A stretch of 64,000 bases of DNA from contig JAJTYI010000004.1 of the NCBI GenBank assembly GCA_021463645.1, positions 110,277 to 174,276 of the forward strand. Direction: 5' to 3'. This stretch comes from a bacterium. GTDB taxonomy: Bacteria; Patescibacteriota; Dojkabacteria; B142; OLB20. The translations under genes were made by a program, and so were the position numbers. Below, in pieces: positions 37,039 to 50,592 of the stretch. The notes beneath the pieces were generated by a model. It worked only from the letters and a program-made list of their open reading frames with translations, had not been told where the DNA came from and ran no database searches. Numbering within the stretch: position 1 is the first letter of the stretch; every line of letters begins with the position of its first letter.

Positions 37039-37302
37039 ATGAAAGAAATGTCTACTGAAGGTAAGCTCTTTCCTCTTCGGAAGGTCTTCGATAATAGTAC
37101 AGTAAAACTTTTGCCATATACATATGGTAATAGAATTAGTGATAAAAGATTTGAAGCTGAAGGTGAATTACTTGATACGGAAATTGAATATACAACTCAA
37201 GGATTAAATGTCTTCGGTAGACTACTAACTAGTGCTGCGGGCGAATTCGTTGTCCAAAATAGTATTGAAGTGTTTTGGATAACAAGTCCAAATCAAGAGT
37301 AA
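37039..37302 (+). CDS. Hypothetical protein
   Basis: 87-aa ORF; TATAAT upstream. Confidence 0.5.
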   Translation: MKEMSTEGKLFPLRKVFDNSTVKLLPYTYGNRISDKRFEAEGELLDTEIEYTTQGLNVFGRLLTSAAGEFVVQNSIEVFWITSPNQE

Positions 37303-37405
37303 TACTGAAAGTTTATCGAAATTCTGAATTCTCAATATTCCTCTCAAACCCCATTGCCCATTCCATGCCCTTTGTGCTACTATGCTCCTTAAGCTATTTT
37401 TAACC

Positions 37406-38317
37406 GTGGAAGTACATATCAGTTTTCAACCAGAGGTTTTATTCAATCTTTTTTCCCAAGGAATCACGAACTCACTCTACACAGCGTTGTTTGTGTTGAT
37501 TCCTACTATCTTCTTGATAGTTATATTCAGCAAGAATTTTAACGCGTTAAAGCCTTCTAAGATTGAACTTTTCTTAGAGATGTTTATAGGTGGACTATTC
37601 GGATTGGTCGAAAGCATCATGGGAGAGAAAAATGCATTGAAATATTTTTCGTTTTTACTCACATTTTTTGTCTTCATCTTAGTTTCAAATTGGTTTCCGC
37701 TATTGCCTGGAATATCCTCAATCGGTCTTGTTGGTGAAGAGAAACATATCGAAGAAGAAGGTGTCGAGTACACTGCAATATCAAATCCAGAGATTATTGA
37801 AGATGCAGACGGAGGTGCAGTACTATCAGAAACAGCTACAGTTGAAGAAGAAGTTGAGCCAACTTTTGGGTGTCTATTAAAAGGCAAATGCTATTTGACT
37901 ACATCAGGAATCACAACCGGTAGCTTCACACATATGTTTAGAGCTCCAACAGCAGATCTATCCGCAGGTATTGCTCTAGCACTTATATCTGTATTGGTTA
38001 CAAACTTTATCGGATTCAAAACAAATAAACTTGCTTACTTGAGCAAATACATAAACTTCAATGGTCCTATAAACTTCGTTGTAGGTATTTTGGAATTAAT
38101 TTCAGAAGTGGGTAAAATTGTTTCATTCTCATTCAGGTTGTTTGGAAACATCTTCGCAGGAGAGGTTCTGCTAGTGGTTATTACTGCAATTTCATTCGGT
38201 GTCGCAACATTGCCTTTCCTCGGACTCGAATTATTCGTTGGGGTTATTCAGGCGTTAGTATTTTTCATGTTAACGGCTGTGTTTATAAATTTGGCAATCG
38301 AACATCATCATTCATAA
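37406..38317 (+). CDS. atpB: F0F1 ATP synthase subunit a
   Basis: RAPTADL, LELISE, SFSFRLFGNIFAGE, IQALVFFML; GTG start at 37406 preferred. Confidence 0.95.
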   Translation: MEVHISFQPEVLFNLFSQGITNSLYTALFVLIPTIFLIVIFSKNFNALKPSKIELFLEMFIGGLFGLVESIMGEKNALKYFSFLLTFFVFILVSNWFPLLPGISSIGLVGEEKHIEEEGVEYTAISNPEIIEDADGGAVLSETATVEEEVEPTFGCLLKGKCYLTTSGITTGSFTHMFRAPTADLSAGIALALISVLVTNFIGFKTNKLAYLSKYINFNGPINFVVGILELISEVGKIVSFSFRLFGNIFAGEVLLVVITAISFGVATLPFLGLELFVGVIQALVFFMLTAVFINLAIEHHHS

Positions 38318-38331
38318 TTAATATTTTTTAA

Positions 38332-38580
<249 letters not shown>

Positions 38581-38599
38581 TTATTAAACAAAAATTATC

Positions 38600-38962
38600 A
38601 TGCAAGCACTAGGATTCAATTTACTAAGTTTCATCATATATCTAGTACTGTTCGCAGTGCTCTTTGTAGTGTTGAATAAATTTCTTGTTCCACCACTTTT
38701 AAAAAACATCAATACACGAAAGAAGCTTCTAGAAGACAATCTTAAATTACAAGCTGAGATTGAACTACATAAAGAAAAATTAGAAAAGGAAGCAAAGGAG
38801 AAAGAGGCAAAATTGATAGAAAAAGCGGAGCTACAAGCAGAGGAAATTATTAGCCAAGCTAATACAGAAGCAAAATCAATTGTAGAAACAGCAAAAGAAA
38901 AGTCAAAGACTATGTTGGATGAGGTAAAAGAGCTTATAGCCAAAAAACAAAAATCAGCATAA
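38600..38962 (+). CDS. atpF: F0F1 ATP synthase subunit b (short)
   Basis: N-terminal TM, KFLVPPL, charged coiled coil; operon position. Confidence 0.85.
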   Translation: MQALGFNLLSFIIYLVLFAVLFVVLNKFLVPPLLKNINTRKKLLEDNLKLQAEIELHKEKLEKEAKEKEAKLIEKAELQAEEIISQANTEAKSIVETAKEKSKTMLDEVKELIAKKQKSA

Positions 38963-38983
38963 TAATTATTAGCATACAAAAAA

Positions 38984-40438
38984 ATGGCAAATGTAACGAC
39001 TGGAAAAGTAATCTCGATTGATGAAGGTATTGTTACTGTATCTGGATTGTCGTCTGTGGGTGCTGGTGAGTTAATTAGAGTCAAAATTGATGATAACAAG
39101 TATGCTAGAGCTCTAGCATTGAACCTCGAAGAAGAAGTTGTAAAAGGGGTTATGATTGATCACCTTGACGAAGTAATGCAAGGCCAAAGCGCCGAAACAA
39201 CTGGGGAATTACCTTCGATTAGAGTCGATGACAATGTTCTCGGAAGAGTAATCAATGTTTTAGGAGAAGTTCAAGACAGTAGTGTCGAGATTCAATATGG
39301 CTCAGAAGCGAAAATGATGCCTATGGAGAAGAAAGCTCCTGGGGTTATAGAGAGAAAAGATGTTGAAAGACCTATAGAAACTGGAATTTTGGTTATTGAT
39401 GCATTGATTCCGATTGGTAGAGGTCAAAGACAATTAATTATCGGAGACAGACAGACTGGTAAAACCGCTATCGCAGTGGATGCAATTATCAACCAAAAGG
39501 GCAAAAACTGCCTATGTGTTTATGTAGCAGTCGGTCAGAAAGCCTCAAATGTTGCAAATATTGTCAGAAAATTGAAAGAAAAAGATGCGATGGAATACAC
39601 AACAGTAGTTGTAGCATCAGCAAATGATCCCGCAACACAACAATACCTCGCACCTTATGCAGGTACTGCAATTGCAGAGTATTTCGCAGAAAAAGGTCAG
39701 GATATACTTGTTGTTATAGATGACCTTACCAAACACGCAAATGCATACAGACAAATGTCACTATTGTTGAAAAGACCTTCAGGTAGAGAAGCATACCCTG
39801 GAGATGTTTTCTATCTTCACTCAAGATTACTCGAGAGGGCGTTACAATATTCTGATGCACTAGGTGGAGGTTCGATTACAACATTGCCAATTATCGAAAC
39901 TCAAGCAAACGACTTATCAGCATACATTCCTACAAATGTTATCTCTATTACAGACGGTCAGATTTATCTAGATCAGGATTTATTCAATGCTGGTCAAAAA
40001 CCTGCACTAAACGTCGGTCTTTCAGTGTCTCGTGTCGGAGGTGCTGCTCAAACAAAAACAATGAAAAGTGTTGCTGGTAAAGTTAAACTTGATCTTGCAC
40101 AATTTAGAGAATTAGCAGTATTTGCTCAACTAGGTTCAGAACTTGATGAAGCTACAAAGGCTCAATTGATTCGAGGAGAACATATCACCGAAGCAGTCAA
40201 ACAAGCTCAATACAATCCACTACCAGCTCCTGAGCAGATAGTGATAATGTACGCGGCAAGTCAGGGCTTCCTAGATGAAATGCCATTGAATGAAATCGGA
40301 CCTTGGAAAAAGCAAATTATACTTACATTAAAGACTAAATATCCAAAAGTGTGGGAAAGATTGAACACTGGAAAAGAAAAAGTCGAGGGTGAATTAGCCG
40401 AAGAAATAAATACAATTATTAACTCATATATAGATTAA
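38984..40438 (+). CDS. atpA: F0F1 ATP synthase subunit alpha
   Basis: GDRQTGKT, PSGREAYPGDVFYLHSRLLER. Confidence 0.98.
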   Translation: MANVTTGKVISIDEGIVTVSGLSSVGAGELIRVKIDDNKYARALALNLEEEVVKGVMIDHLDEVMQGQSAETTGELPSIRVDDNVLGRVINVLGEVQDSSVEIQYGSEAKMMPMEKKAPGVIERKDVERPIETGILVIDALIPIGRGQRQLIIGDRQTGKTAIAVDAIINQKGKNCLCVYVAVGQKASNVANIVRKLKEKDAMEYTTVVVASANDPATQQYLAPYAGTAIAEYFAEKGQDILVVIDDLTKHANAYRQMSLLLKRPSGREAYPGDVFYLHSRLLERALQYSDALGGGSITTLPIIETQANDLSAYIPTNVISITDGQIYLDQDLFNAGQKPALNVGLSVSRVGGAAQTKTMKSVAGKVKLDLAQFRELAVFAQLGSELDEATKAQLIRGEHITEAVKQAQYNPLPAPEQIVIMYAASQGFLDEMPLNEIGPWKKQIILTLKTKYPKVWERLNTGKEKVEGELAEEINTIINSYID

Positions 40439-43094
<2,656 letters not shown>

Positions 43095-43171
43095 AATTAT
43101 CCCTTAATCTCTCAATTTCATAATCTTTACATCTTCACACTCAATCCTAAATCTCTTAATTCCTAAATTCC

Positions 43172-43546
43172 TCAATCTTCCTCCGGTTTTTCCACCTGCT
43201 CTAATCCATCAGCATGCTCTGCAGGAGAGTAGATTGTATATAATCTCAAATCTTCTGTTTCTGAAACATTTGTGACATTGTGCTCCACGCCTGATGGCAC
43301 AATAAAAGCGTCATCTGCCATCGCCTTTAAAGTTTCATCTCCTATTAAAATTTCTGCTTCTCCAGTCTCGATTCTGAAAAATTGATCGTGACCCTCATGG
43401 ACTTCTTTTCCGATTTCTTCGCCTGGTTTAATCGACATCAATACCAATTGTGAGTATTCACCAGTAAAAAGCACTTTCCTGTAACTGGCATTTCCCTCTG
43501 TCTCTCTCTCGATGTTGTCGAGATATCCGTTTTTGGATTTGTTCAT
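43172..43546 (-). CDS. Cupin domain protein
   Basis: QLVLMSIKPGEEIGKEVH, DQFFRIE, VPSGVEHNV, YTIYSPAEH. Confidence 0.9.
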   Translation of the reverse strand: MNKSKNGYLDNIERETEGNASYRKVLFTGEYSQLVLMSIKPGEEIGKEVHEGHDQFFRIETGEAEILIGDETLKAMADDAFIVPSGVEHNVTNVSETEDLRLYTIYSPAEHADGLEQVEKPEED

Positions 43547-43661
43547 GAATAAAAAATTAAAAATTAAGAACTAAGTATTGAGAATTCGGATTTAATAAAA
43601 AACTATTGAATTAATAATTCTGAATAATTCATTCTACTCTGATTCAATATTAGTGTCATAT

Positions 43662-44519
43662 TTAAGCATACATTGGTAATACAATTTCGGATATGCTATT
43701 GACCCAGTCATCATAATTCCTCAAATTAGGATTAGCTATAAATCCAGGATCTTCTATCGAAAGGGGAACTTTCAGATAAACCCCTACGGTAGTATCTCCT
43801 GAAGTTGCAGAGATAAGGTAGTCAGTCATTGACAAATCAATATTAAGAAAGATTGACGGTATGGTCTTGTGTGCCTTACCAGAGAAACGAATCTGTTGAC
43901 CTCCATTACCTACAAAGAAATCTCCAATTCTAGAATCAACAGGTAGTTGATTCAATTGAGTTCTAAGTTTAGATTCATTAAAGTCATATACAAGCCTGGG
44001 ATAAGGTAGAGCCCCTGGCGAATCATGGGGATTTTGAGTGTTTGTATAATTCAGATTCAAACCAAACCGATAAGGTCTGAAATAATAGGGGTTTTCATCA
44101 CTTCTCTTGAATCTGGTTTTGTTTCGTAAGAATCCTGGAATAGAAATATCTAATAATCTCAACCATGGTTTACCCTCGAAAGTATCCCACTGAAATGCAG
44201 CTGTAACAAGACCACCTTTCATTACCGCGAATTCAGGAACCATACCAGCCTGTTTTTGGGCAAAGTTGATTCTATAATATTTCTCAGGCGGAATAAGCTC
44301 AAAGCCACTGTTTGTTTCAGCTTGTATAACCTTCCATTCTCCTCCACCTCTTCTGATTAAACCTGAGTTATCTTTAAAAGATGCATCAAATTCCATACGA
44401 GGGATAAGTCTTTTAGCTTGTTCTAGAAGTTGAATTTGTAAGTCAGGATTTCCTAATACACTTTCTGGGAGACTTATGCCATATACATCATAGAGTATAT
44501 TTTCTAGTGATTCTACCAC
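43662..44519 (-). CDS. Hypothetical protein
   Basis: 285-aa ORF. Confidence 0.6.
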   Translation of the reverse strand: MVESLENILYDVYGISLPESVLGNPDLQIQLLEQAKRLIPRMEFDASFKDNSGLIRRGGGEWKVIQAETNSGFELIPPEKYYRINFAQKQAGMVPEFAVMKGGLVTAAFQWDTFEGKPWLRLLDISIPGFLRNKTRFKRSDENPYYFRPYRFGLNLNYTNTQNPHDSPGALPYPRLVYDFNESKLRTQLNQLPVDSRIGDFFVGNGGQQIRFSGKAHKTIPSIFLNIDLSMTDYLISATSGDTTVGVYLKVPLSIEDPGFIANPNLRNYDDWVNSISEIVLPMYA

Positions 44520-44524
44520 TTATT

Positions 44525-45343
44525 TTATTTCAAAAGTATTCTGCTAATCTCCTCCACCAAAACCTCATTTCCCCCAATAAACCTCGGTTGTTCGATTCCA
44601 GGGATTTTTAAGTCAATTGTTTTACCCCCTGCGTATTTGATTAAAGCTTTCCCAGCCATAATATCAAATGGTTTTGAACCATGTCCCCAAAGACTTACAA
44701 ATGCATCAAGCCCACCACTAGCGGTCCATGCACAAGATAGTGCACCATTTCCAAGTAATCTTACTTTCCCAAAATTATTTATTAATTCGGTTAATTTTTG
44801 ATTCATCCAGTCTCTTTCGCTTTCCCAGTTTTCCTTGTGGGAAGCTAAGTCGACAGAAATCATAGCGGATTGAGGATTGGTTTCATCACTAATCTTTACA
44901 TTTTTACCGTTTAAAGTTGTGGGAATGCCCTCGGCCCCAGAATATAGTTGGTTTGAAATGGGGTTGTAAATTACTCCGAGCATAGGTTTATCACCTTTCA
45001 TAACTCCCACCGAAATTGCAAAGACTGGGACTTTTTTCGCAAAATACTTCGAGCCATCAATCGGATCAATAAAGCATGTATATTCCTTTTTGTCCGAATT
45101 TAAATCTTGATGTTCTTCTAAATGAAAACCTAACTCCGGAAACTCTTTGGAAATTTTGTTGTATATTTCCAACTCTATCTTTTCATCTAACTCAGTGTTT
45201 AAATCGCGGTCTGTCCAGCCTTTTTCAAGGTTTGTTTTGAGATGCGATTCAAGTGCGTCTTCAGAGGAAAGTGCTTTTTGAAGTAATTCACCTTCTTTGA
45301 CAACCAGTTTATTAATTTCAGTCAGAAGTTTTACGTAGTTCAT
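44525..45343 (-). CDS. Inositol monophosphatase family protein
   Basis: EEH, IDPIDGSKYF, GVIYNP, PFDIMAG. Confidence 0.9.
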   Translation of the reverse strand: MNYVKLLTEINKLVVKEGELLQKALSSEDALESHLKTNLEKGWTDRDLNTELDEKIELEIYNKISKEFPELGFHLEEHQDLNSDKKEYTCFIDPIDGSKYFAKKVPVFAISVGVMKGDKPMLGVIYNPISNQLYSGAEGIPTTLNGKNVKISDETNPQSAMISVDLASHKENWESERDWMNQKLTELINNFGKVRLLGNGALSCAWTASGGLDAFVSLWGHGSKPFDIMAGKALIKYAGGKTIDLKIPGIEQPRFIGGNEVLVEEISRILLK

Positions 45344-45398
45344 AGGAAATTATACAATAAACCAACGATTTGATATTACTTATTATCAATATTTAATT

Positions 45399-45914
45399 AT
45401 GGGCACATATTTAATGGTTTTTATCATTGCCCTTAAATTCCTCCTCCCTGTTCTCTTAATTTGGTTTCCCTTTTTAGCTGGTTGGGTGAATTTCGTATTG
45501 GATACTATTGATGGAGATATCTTAATCCCCCTTGGCCTTGAGGATTACAATTATCAGACAATTGATAAACTAGCTGACTATGTGACATACATATTTATGC
45601 TTATTGTTGGTTGGAAATGGGAAATTCATAGAGAAATTAAAATCACTTTTGCACTGAGAACTGTAGGACAATTATTATTTTTCTTAACTAGAGATGAGTT
45701 AATGTTTTTCTTCTTTCCGAACTTCCTAGAACCTCTGTTTTTGATTTACGCAACATTATTAATCTTCAAGAAGAAAAGGGCATATGCAATTTATAAAAAA
45801 CATTTTAAATTGATATGGGGATTCATCTTGCTATACAAATTCCAAGATGAATATATTACACATGTTGGAAATGTAGACCGCTCGACTTTAATTAAAAATT
45901 TATTCAGTCTATAA
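45399..45914 (+). CDS. Hypothetical membrane protein
   Basis: Several TM helices; LDTIDGD and DKLAD. Confidence 0.7.
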   Translation: MGTYLMVFIIALKFLLPVLLIWFPFLAGWVNFVLDTIDGDILIPLGLEDYNYQTIDKLADYVTYIFMLIVGWKWEIHREIKITFALRTVGQLLFFLTRDELMFFFFPNFLEPLFLIYATLLIFKKKRAYAIYKKHFKLIWGFILLYKFQDEYITHVGNVDRSTLIKNLFSL

Positions 45915-45962
45915 TATTGAGAATTACAATTTTGTAATATTTTTATTTCTTAAATTTATGTA

Positions 45963-46961
45963 ATGGGATTATTTGATTTCCTCAAGAAGAAAGAACCAGT
46001 TCAGCCAGTAGACCAACAGCCATCTGGTGCACCTGTAAATCCAGTTTCTACTTACCCAGTGAATTTTAGCGATCAGCAACCAGCTGCATCCGCTCCAACA
46101 GAGCCTGCTGCAGATGCAACACAAGCTCCTGCTTATACTCCTGCAGTTCCAACACAGGCACCAGTTGACAATTTCCAGGCTCCTGCACCAGCACCTATGG
46201 ATAACACAGTAGCACCTGCATCTGCTCCTGGTCCAGTTGATAATTTTGCGGTCCCTACAACAGCGCCAACTGACAATACAGTACCTCCAGTCGCAGGAAA
46301 TATGGGTACGCCACCAATGGATACTACGACAACTACGAATCAACAGTTCAGCGATGGACCAGTTCCTACACCTACAGACAATATGGCTCCAACTTACAAT
46401 CCAGTCCCTACAGATATGTCAGCAACTCCAACTCCAACGCAAGCACCAAGTTATCCAAATATAACTGCACCTATGAATGATGTGTCAACTACAAATACAG
46501 ATAGCTCGCTTCCAACAATGCCTAGTCAATACACACCTGTGACACCAGAGCCATCAACATCAATGCCTGACCTTTCTACATCTACTACCATGTCAGCTCC
46601 AACTCAACAGATGAATGACTCTATGGTTCAGGGCTCTGTTTCGAATATGGTTGATATGAATACACCAGTAACACCAATGACCCAACCAACTCCAACTATG
46701 GACACAGTAAGTGCACCTATGTCGGAACCTGCTCCATCTATGGATGCGCCTAGTATGGATCAGTTCTCAGGTAACACAACTCCTGTAGAGACATCAGGTA
46801 TGATGGACAATATGAACGTATCAACTCCTGCTTCTATTGACCCATCAATGCCTGAGCCTGTAAGCGCACCTGTCGAACCTACTAGTCAGATGATGACTCC
46901 ACCTATGCCAACTCCAACGCCTACCGATTCAACATCTGTACCGTCAAACGGAGCGTATTGA
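45963..46961 (+). CDS. Pro/Thr/Met-rich low-complexity protein
   Basis: MGLFDFLKKK followed by a long disordered PT-rich region. Confidence 0.7.
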   Translation: MGLFDFLKKKEPVQPVDQQPSGAPVNPVSTYPVNFSDQQPAASAPTEPAADATQAPAYTPAVPTQAPVDNFQAPAPAPMDNTVAPASAPGPVDNFAVPTTAPTDNTVPPVAGNMGTPPMDTTTTTNQQFSDGPVPTPTDNMAPTYNPVPTDMSATPTPTQAPSYPNITAPMNDVSTTNTDSSLPTMPSQYTPVTPEPSTSMPDLSTSTTMSAPTQQMNDSMVQGSVSNMVDMNTPVTPMTQPTPTMDTVSAPMSEPAPSMDAPSMDQFSGNTTPVETSGMMDNMNVSTPASIDPSMPEPVSAPVEPTSQMMTPPMPTPTPTDSTSVPSNGAY

Positions 46962-47065
46962 TTGGATTATTAGGTAATTACAATTTTTCTATTAACTCCA
47001 CTTTAGAGTAGTATGTTAATTCTGTTGGTGCTAAAATACACCAGATTACTTATTATTTTTCAAAA

Positions 47066-47260
47066 ATGGGATTCAAAGATTTATTAGTCAAACTAGGCAT
47101 ACTAAAAGTAGGTGGTAAAGCAGGAACATATACTAATGCGGAGGATAGAATAGATGTTATGGGAGTTGATGAAGAAATCGTAGTTGAAGACGATGACCAC
47201 AATGATGACGATAATGATTCTGATAACGATTCAGACTCAGATTCTGGATCTGACGACTAA
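47066..47260 (+). CDS. Small Asp-rich protein
   Basis: 64-aa ORF with an acidic tail. Confidence 0.55.
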   Translation: MGFKDLLVKLGILKVGGKAGTYTNAEDRIDVMGVDEEIVVEDDDHNDDDNDSDNDSDSDSGSDD

Positions 47261-47287
47261 ATATCAATATTTGTTAAATATTTTATA

Positions 47288-47707
47288 ATGCATAAAGCAA
47301 AAGCATGTGTGATTGGTTGCATTGATTTTAGATTTAGAGGTGCAACTGACAATTTCCTTAAATCTGAATCTTGGGCAGACAGTTATGACCTGATAAGTAT
47401 TGCAGGTAGTAGCAGGGATTTCATAAAGCCTATGAAAGAAACACATGGGGATTATGCTTGGTTACAGTTAGGATTATCAATAAAACTGCATGAACCTGAT
47501 TTGGTAGTGTTTGTAGATCATCAAGATTGCGGTGGATATGCACAGGATGGAACAATTCCAGGAGGTTTAGAGCGAGATGAAGACAGAGAGAAACATTCTG
47601 AAATGTTAGAACAATTAAAGGGAAAACTACTAGAAAAATATCCTAATCTTTTATTTCGCTTTTACCATATCGATTTTGATGGTGGGGTGAAAGAGTTGTT
47701 GGTTTGA
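47288..47707 (+). CDS. Beta-class carbonic anhydrase-like protein
   Basis: CIDFR and HQDCGGY zinc-ligand motifs. Confidence 0.85.
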   Translation: MHKAKACVIGCIDFRFRGATDNFLKSESWADSYDLISIAGSSRDFIKPMKETHGDYAWLQLGLSIKLHEPDLVVFVDHQDCGGYAQDGTIPGGLERDEDREKHSEMLEQLKGKLLEKYPNLLFRFYHIDFDGGVKELLV

Positions 47708-47740
47708 AATATTAATTACTGTTTATAAATAATTTTAATC

Positions 47741-48905
47741 ATGTTACAAGAAAACCTTGATTCAAATCAATTAGATAGTAGGGGGTGGCAATCTTTCAAC
47801 GAACGAAGCGCGGAAATCCTTGTAAACGAACAAGTGAGAGCGGATTTTTTAGCTAATACTAGAAGTATTAAAGAGATAAAAGATTCTCCCCCTGAAGAGA
47901 GACCGGATATTGATATCACGTGCTAATCGTGTTACGGTTGATTTTGGTACTAATGAAGGAGGAATTGAGACTATCCAAATTAACACTCCAGGAGGAGGAA
48001 CAGAATTCTTGGAAGATGAAGACATTGAGCAAATTATTATGAAAAGTAATGGAACCATAAGAATTAGTTCTCATATGTTCTGCGGCTGGGGAGAGTATGT
48101 ATTTAATGGAATATTAAATAATGGAGGGGAAACTGAAGGTAGCGATGAAGAGAAAATAAAAAATAAAGCACTAGGTATAGGCAGAATTATCTCATCAATT
48201 ACACTTGCAGTAGAGGATCCTAACGAAGTATTCTGGGGAAAATATGGAGAGGAGTTAGAAAAATTTGATATCTATAATCCTTCTGAATTTATTAATATTG
48301 CTAGTGACTATCTTGTGGCTAGGTCTATGAATCGAGATGTCGAAAATCCTAGTTATCTTCCTCTTATTCATCAAGCTTTTGTACATGGGAAAACCATAAA
48401 ATTGGCAACCCGTTTTCGAAATATTCATCAAATCATGAAAGCAACTTATGATTTGACCCCACAAAGTGACAGAAAAATTTCCGACACACCTCCACGACTT
48501 AGGAATGTTTTAAATATTTCAACCCATATAGACACTTTAGAAGAAGCACCTCATGTGCATATTGCAGATGCGGCAGTAATAAATATGACAAGTGATCGAG
48601 TTATCACCTCACGTTTTCAGATTGAAAATAAAGACACATTTTTTGCTCGCGTCAAATTTAATAAAGCAAAATCTCTGATTGATTTAATTTTCAAGATAAT
48701 GGAGGGTGATCATTCCGATACACGTGAGAAAATGCATACAACATATGTGTTTTGTGATGTGAAAGACAAGGAAGAGATACAAAAATTATTAGATGAAATT
48801 ACAGGGGAAAATCCGAAACGCAGTTTTGAAGTTATGGCAATGAGTGAGAACGAAATCGGAGCACAAAACGATCCTCTTCCCCCAACTCCAAGTGCACAAG
48901 AATAA
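47741..48905 (+). CDS. Hypothetical protein, probably one gene split by a frameshift near 47890-47925
   Basis: ORFs 47741-47926 and 47910-48905 overlap; the second has only a TTG start. Confidence 0.5.
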
Positions 48906-48944
48906 TTTGTTTCCTATACTGGTTTGTTCTAAAATTGAGACAAC

Positions 48945-50534
48945 ATGTCACAAACTTTCCGAGAAATTAAACTAAATCGCAATAAAGCTAGATTAAAGAA
49001 AAAAAGACTAATATTAGTAACTCTTTTTCTTATAATTCTCATTTTTCCCGTTCTCTATCTTGTAAATAAACAATATACAATTTTTTCGGGGATAAATGAT
49101 CTTGAATTATACATTGTCAGGCCTCAACCGACAGAAATTCCTATAAAAACCGTCAAGCATTTCTTTGCACCTGTTGTAAAATTCACAGACTCTCGCTCAA
49201 ATATCGATTTGGATGATTTAAAATCTTCTCAATTAGTAACAATTTCTGAAAATGTAGATATTTTCTTAGATGGTTACCAAGCGGATGTAGTAGGAGTTGA
49301 GACACTTCCGGCAGAATTGGATTCAGGAAAGATTGCTATACTCCAAATTGATCAAATCACCCCAAATTTCAAGTCACTATCAGTTGATGGTTATAATCTT
49401 TGGGATAAAAATATTGATATAGATAAATATCCACTGACTTTCACCGAAAAAATACCTGGTGAAACTGGTTCTGAGATAAATTTCTCTAAAGAAAACATAT
49501 CTACGATATTCGCTGGTGGGGAGATTATCCCAGCTAGGGCAGTAGATCGTCTAGGATTGAATATTCACAATGACTATACATATTTGTACGACTTTGTCCG
49601 ACAAGAAATCGAAAATGCAGACCTTGCTATCGCTCAACTGGAAAATCCACTTATGGGAGATCCCACTCCATGCACTGGATGCACTGTTTTCGTTGGAGAT
49701 GAGAAAAATGCTCAGGGTTTTGCTAAAGTTGGTTTTGATATTCTCGCTTTTAGTGGAAATCATGCAGGCGATGGTGGTCAAATAGCATATGAACCCACAA
49801 TAAAAGCATTAACTGATGCAGGTATTAAATATACAGGTGTTGGTAAAGGAGTGGACGAGCAGATGAAACCGGCTCTCTTCGATATATATGGCAAGGTAAT
49901 TGGTATGATTAGCGCTGACGACGTTTCATATTTTTATTGGTCTAGTGATAAATCTGTATATGGTGTAAATACATTTTCTACAGCATCAAATGGGGTTTTA
50001 AACATCAATATGGAGAAAGTCGAGATGATAAAAACGATAAAAGAAGAAAATAACATCGATTACTTAATAATTTATGAAAGTTGGGGTATCGAATACACCA
50101 ACAATGCAAATTCACACCAAGTCGATCTGGCACATGCTCTTATCGACAACGGAGCCGATTTAGTTGTTGCAAGCCATCCTCATTGGGTGCAAAATATTGA
50201 GTTTTACAAGGGTAAGCCTATATTCTATGCATTGGGTAATTTTGTCTTTGATCAAACACATACGTTACCAACCAGGCAGTCTGTAGTAGCTAATCTTAAT
50301 TACTACAATGGACAGCTTGGAAATATTGAAATAATCCCTCTTCAAACATGTGGTTATCATCAGACGAAAAATGATTTAACAAAAGAATATTTGGATGGAA
50401 ATATATCTCTTGAGCAGCTTCAAAACAAACCAGAAAGCGAAGGATGTGTCTGGTGGCAACCTAGAAAAGTTCCAGAAGACACAGAAGAGTATACACAAAT
50501 TTTGGATAGGCTATTTGAATTCTCCACTTTCTGA
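48945..50534 (+). CDS. CapA family (poly-gamma-glutamate synthesis-like metallophosphatase)
   Basis: AQLENP, GNHAGD, WGIEY, GADLVVASHPHWVQ, YALGNFVFDQ. Confidence 0.9.
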   Translation: MSQTFREIKLNRNKARLKKKRLILVTLFLIILIFPVLYLVNKQYTIFSGINDLELYIVRPQPTEIPIKTVKHFFAPVVKFTDSRSNIDLDDLKSSQLVTISENVDIFLDGYQADVVGVETLPAELDSGKIAILQIDQITPNFKSLSVDGYNLWDKNIDIDKYPLTFTEKIPGETGSEINFSKENISTIFAGGEIIPARAVDRLGLNIHNDYTYLYDFVRQEIENADLAIAQLENPLMGDPTPCTGCTVFVGDEKNAQGFAKVGFDILAFSGNHAGDGGQIAYEPTIKALTDAGIKYTGVGKGVDEQMKPALFDIYGKVIGMISADDVSYFYWSSDKSVYGVNTFSTASNGVLNINMEKVEMIKTIKEENNIDYLIIYESWGIEYTNNANSHQVDLAHALIDNGADLVVASHPHWVQNIEFYKGKPIFYALGNFVFDQTHTLPTRQSVVANLNYYNGQLGNIEIIPLQTCGYHQTKNDLTKEYLDGNISLEQLQNKPESEGCVWWQPRKVPEDTEEYTQILDRLFEFSTF

Positions 50535-50592
50535 AAGTAATATTTTCCCACTTTGAGTTTTTATATAGTTGTGATATTATCCGGGTATAGAT

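Noticed and set aside
45963..46961. Tandem DNA repeat or array
   Set aside because: Low complexity is at the protein level (Pro/Thr/Met); no regular nucleotide repeat unit seen
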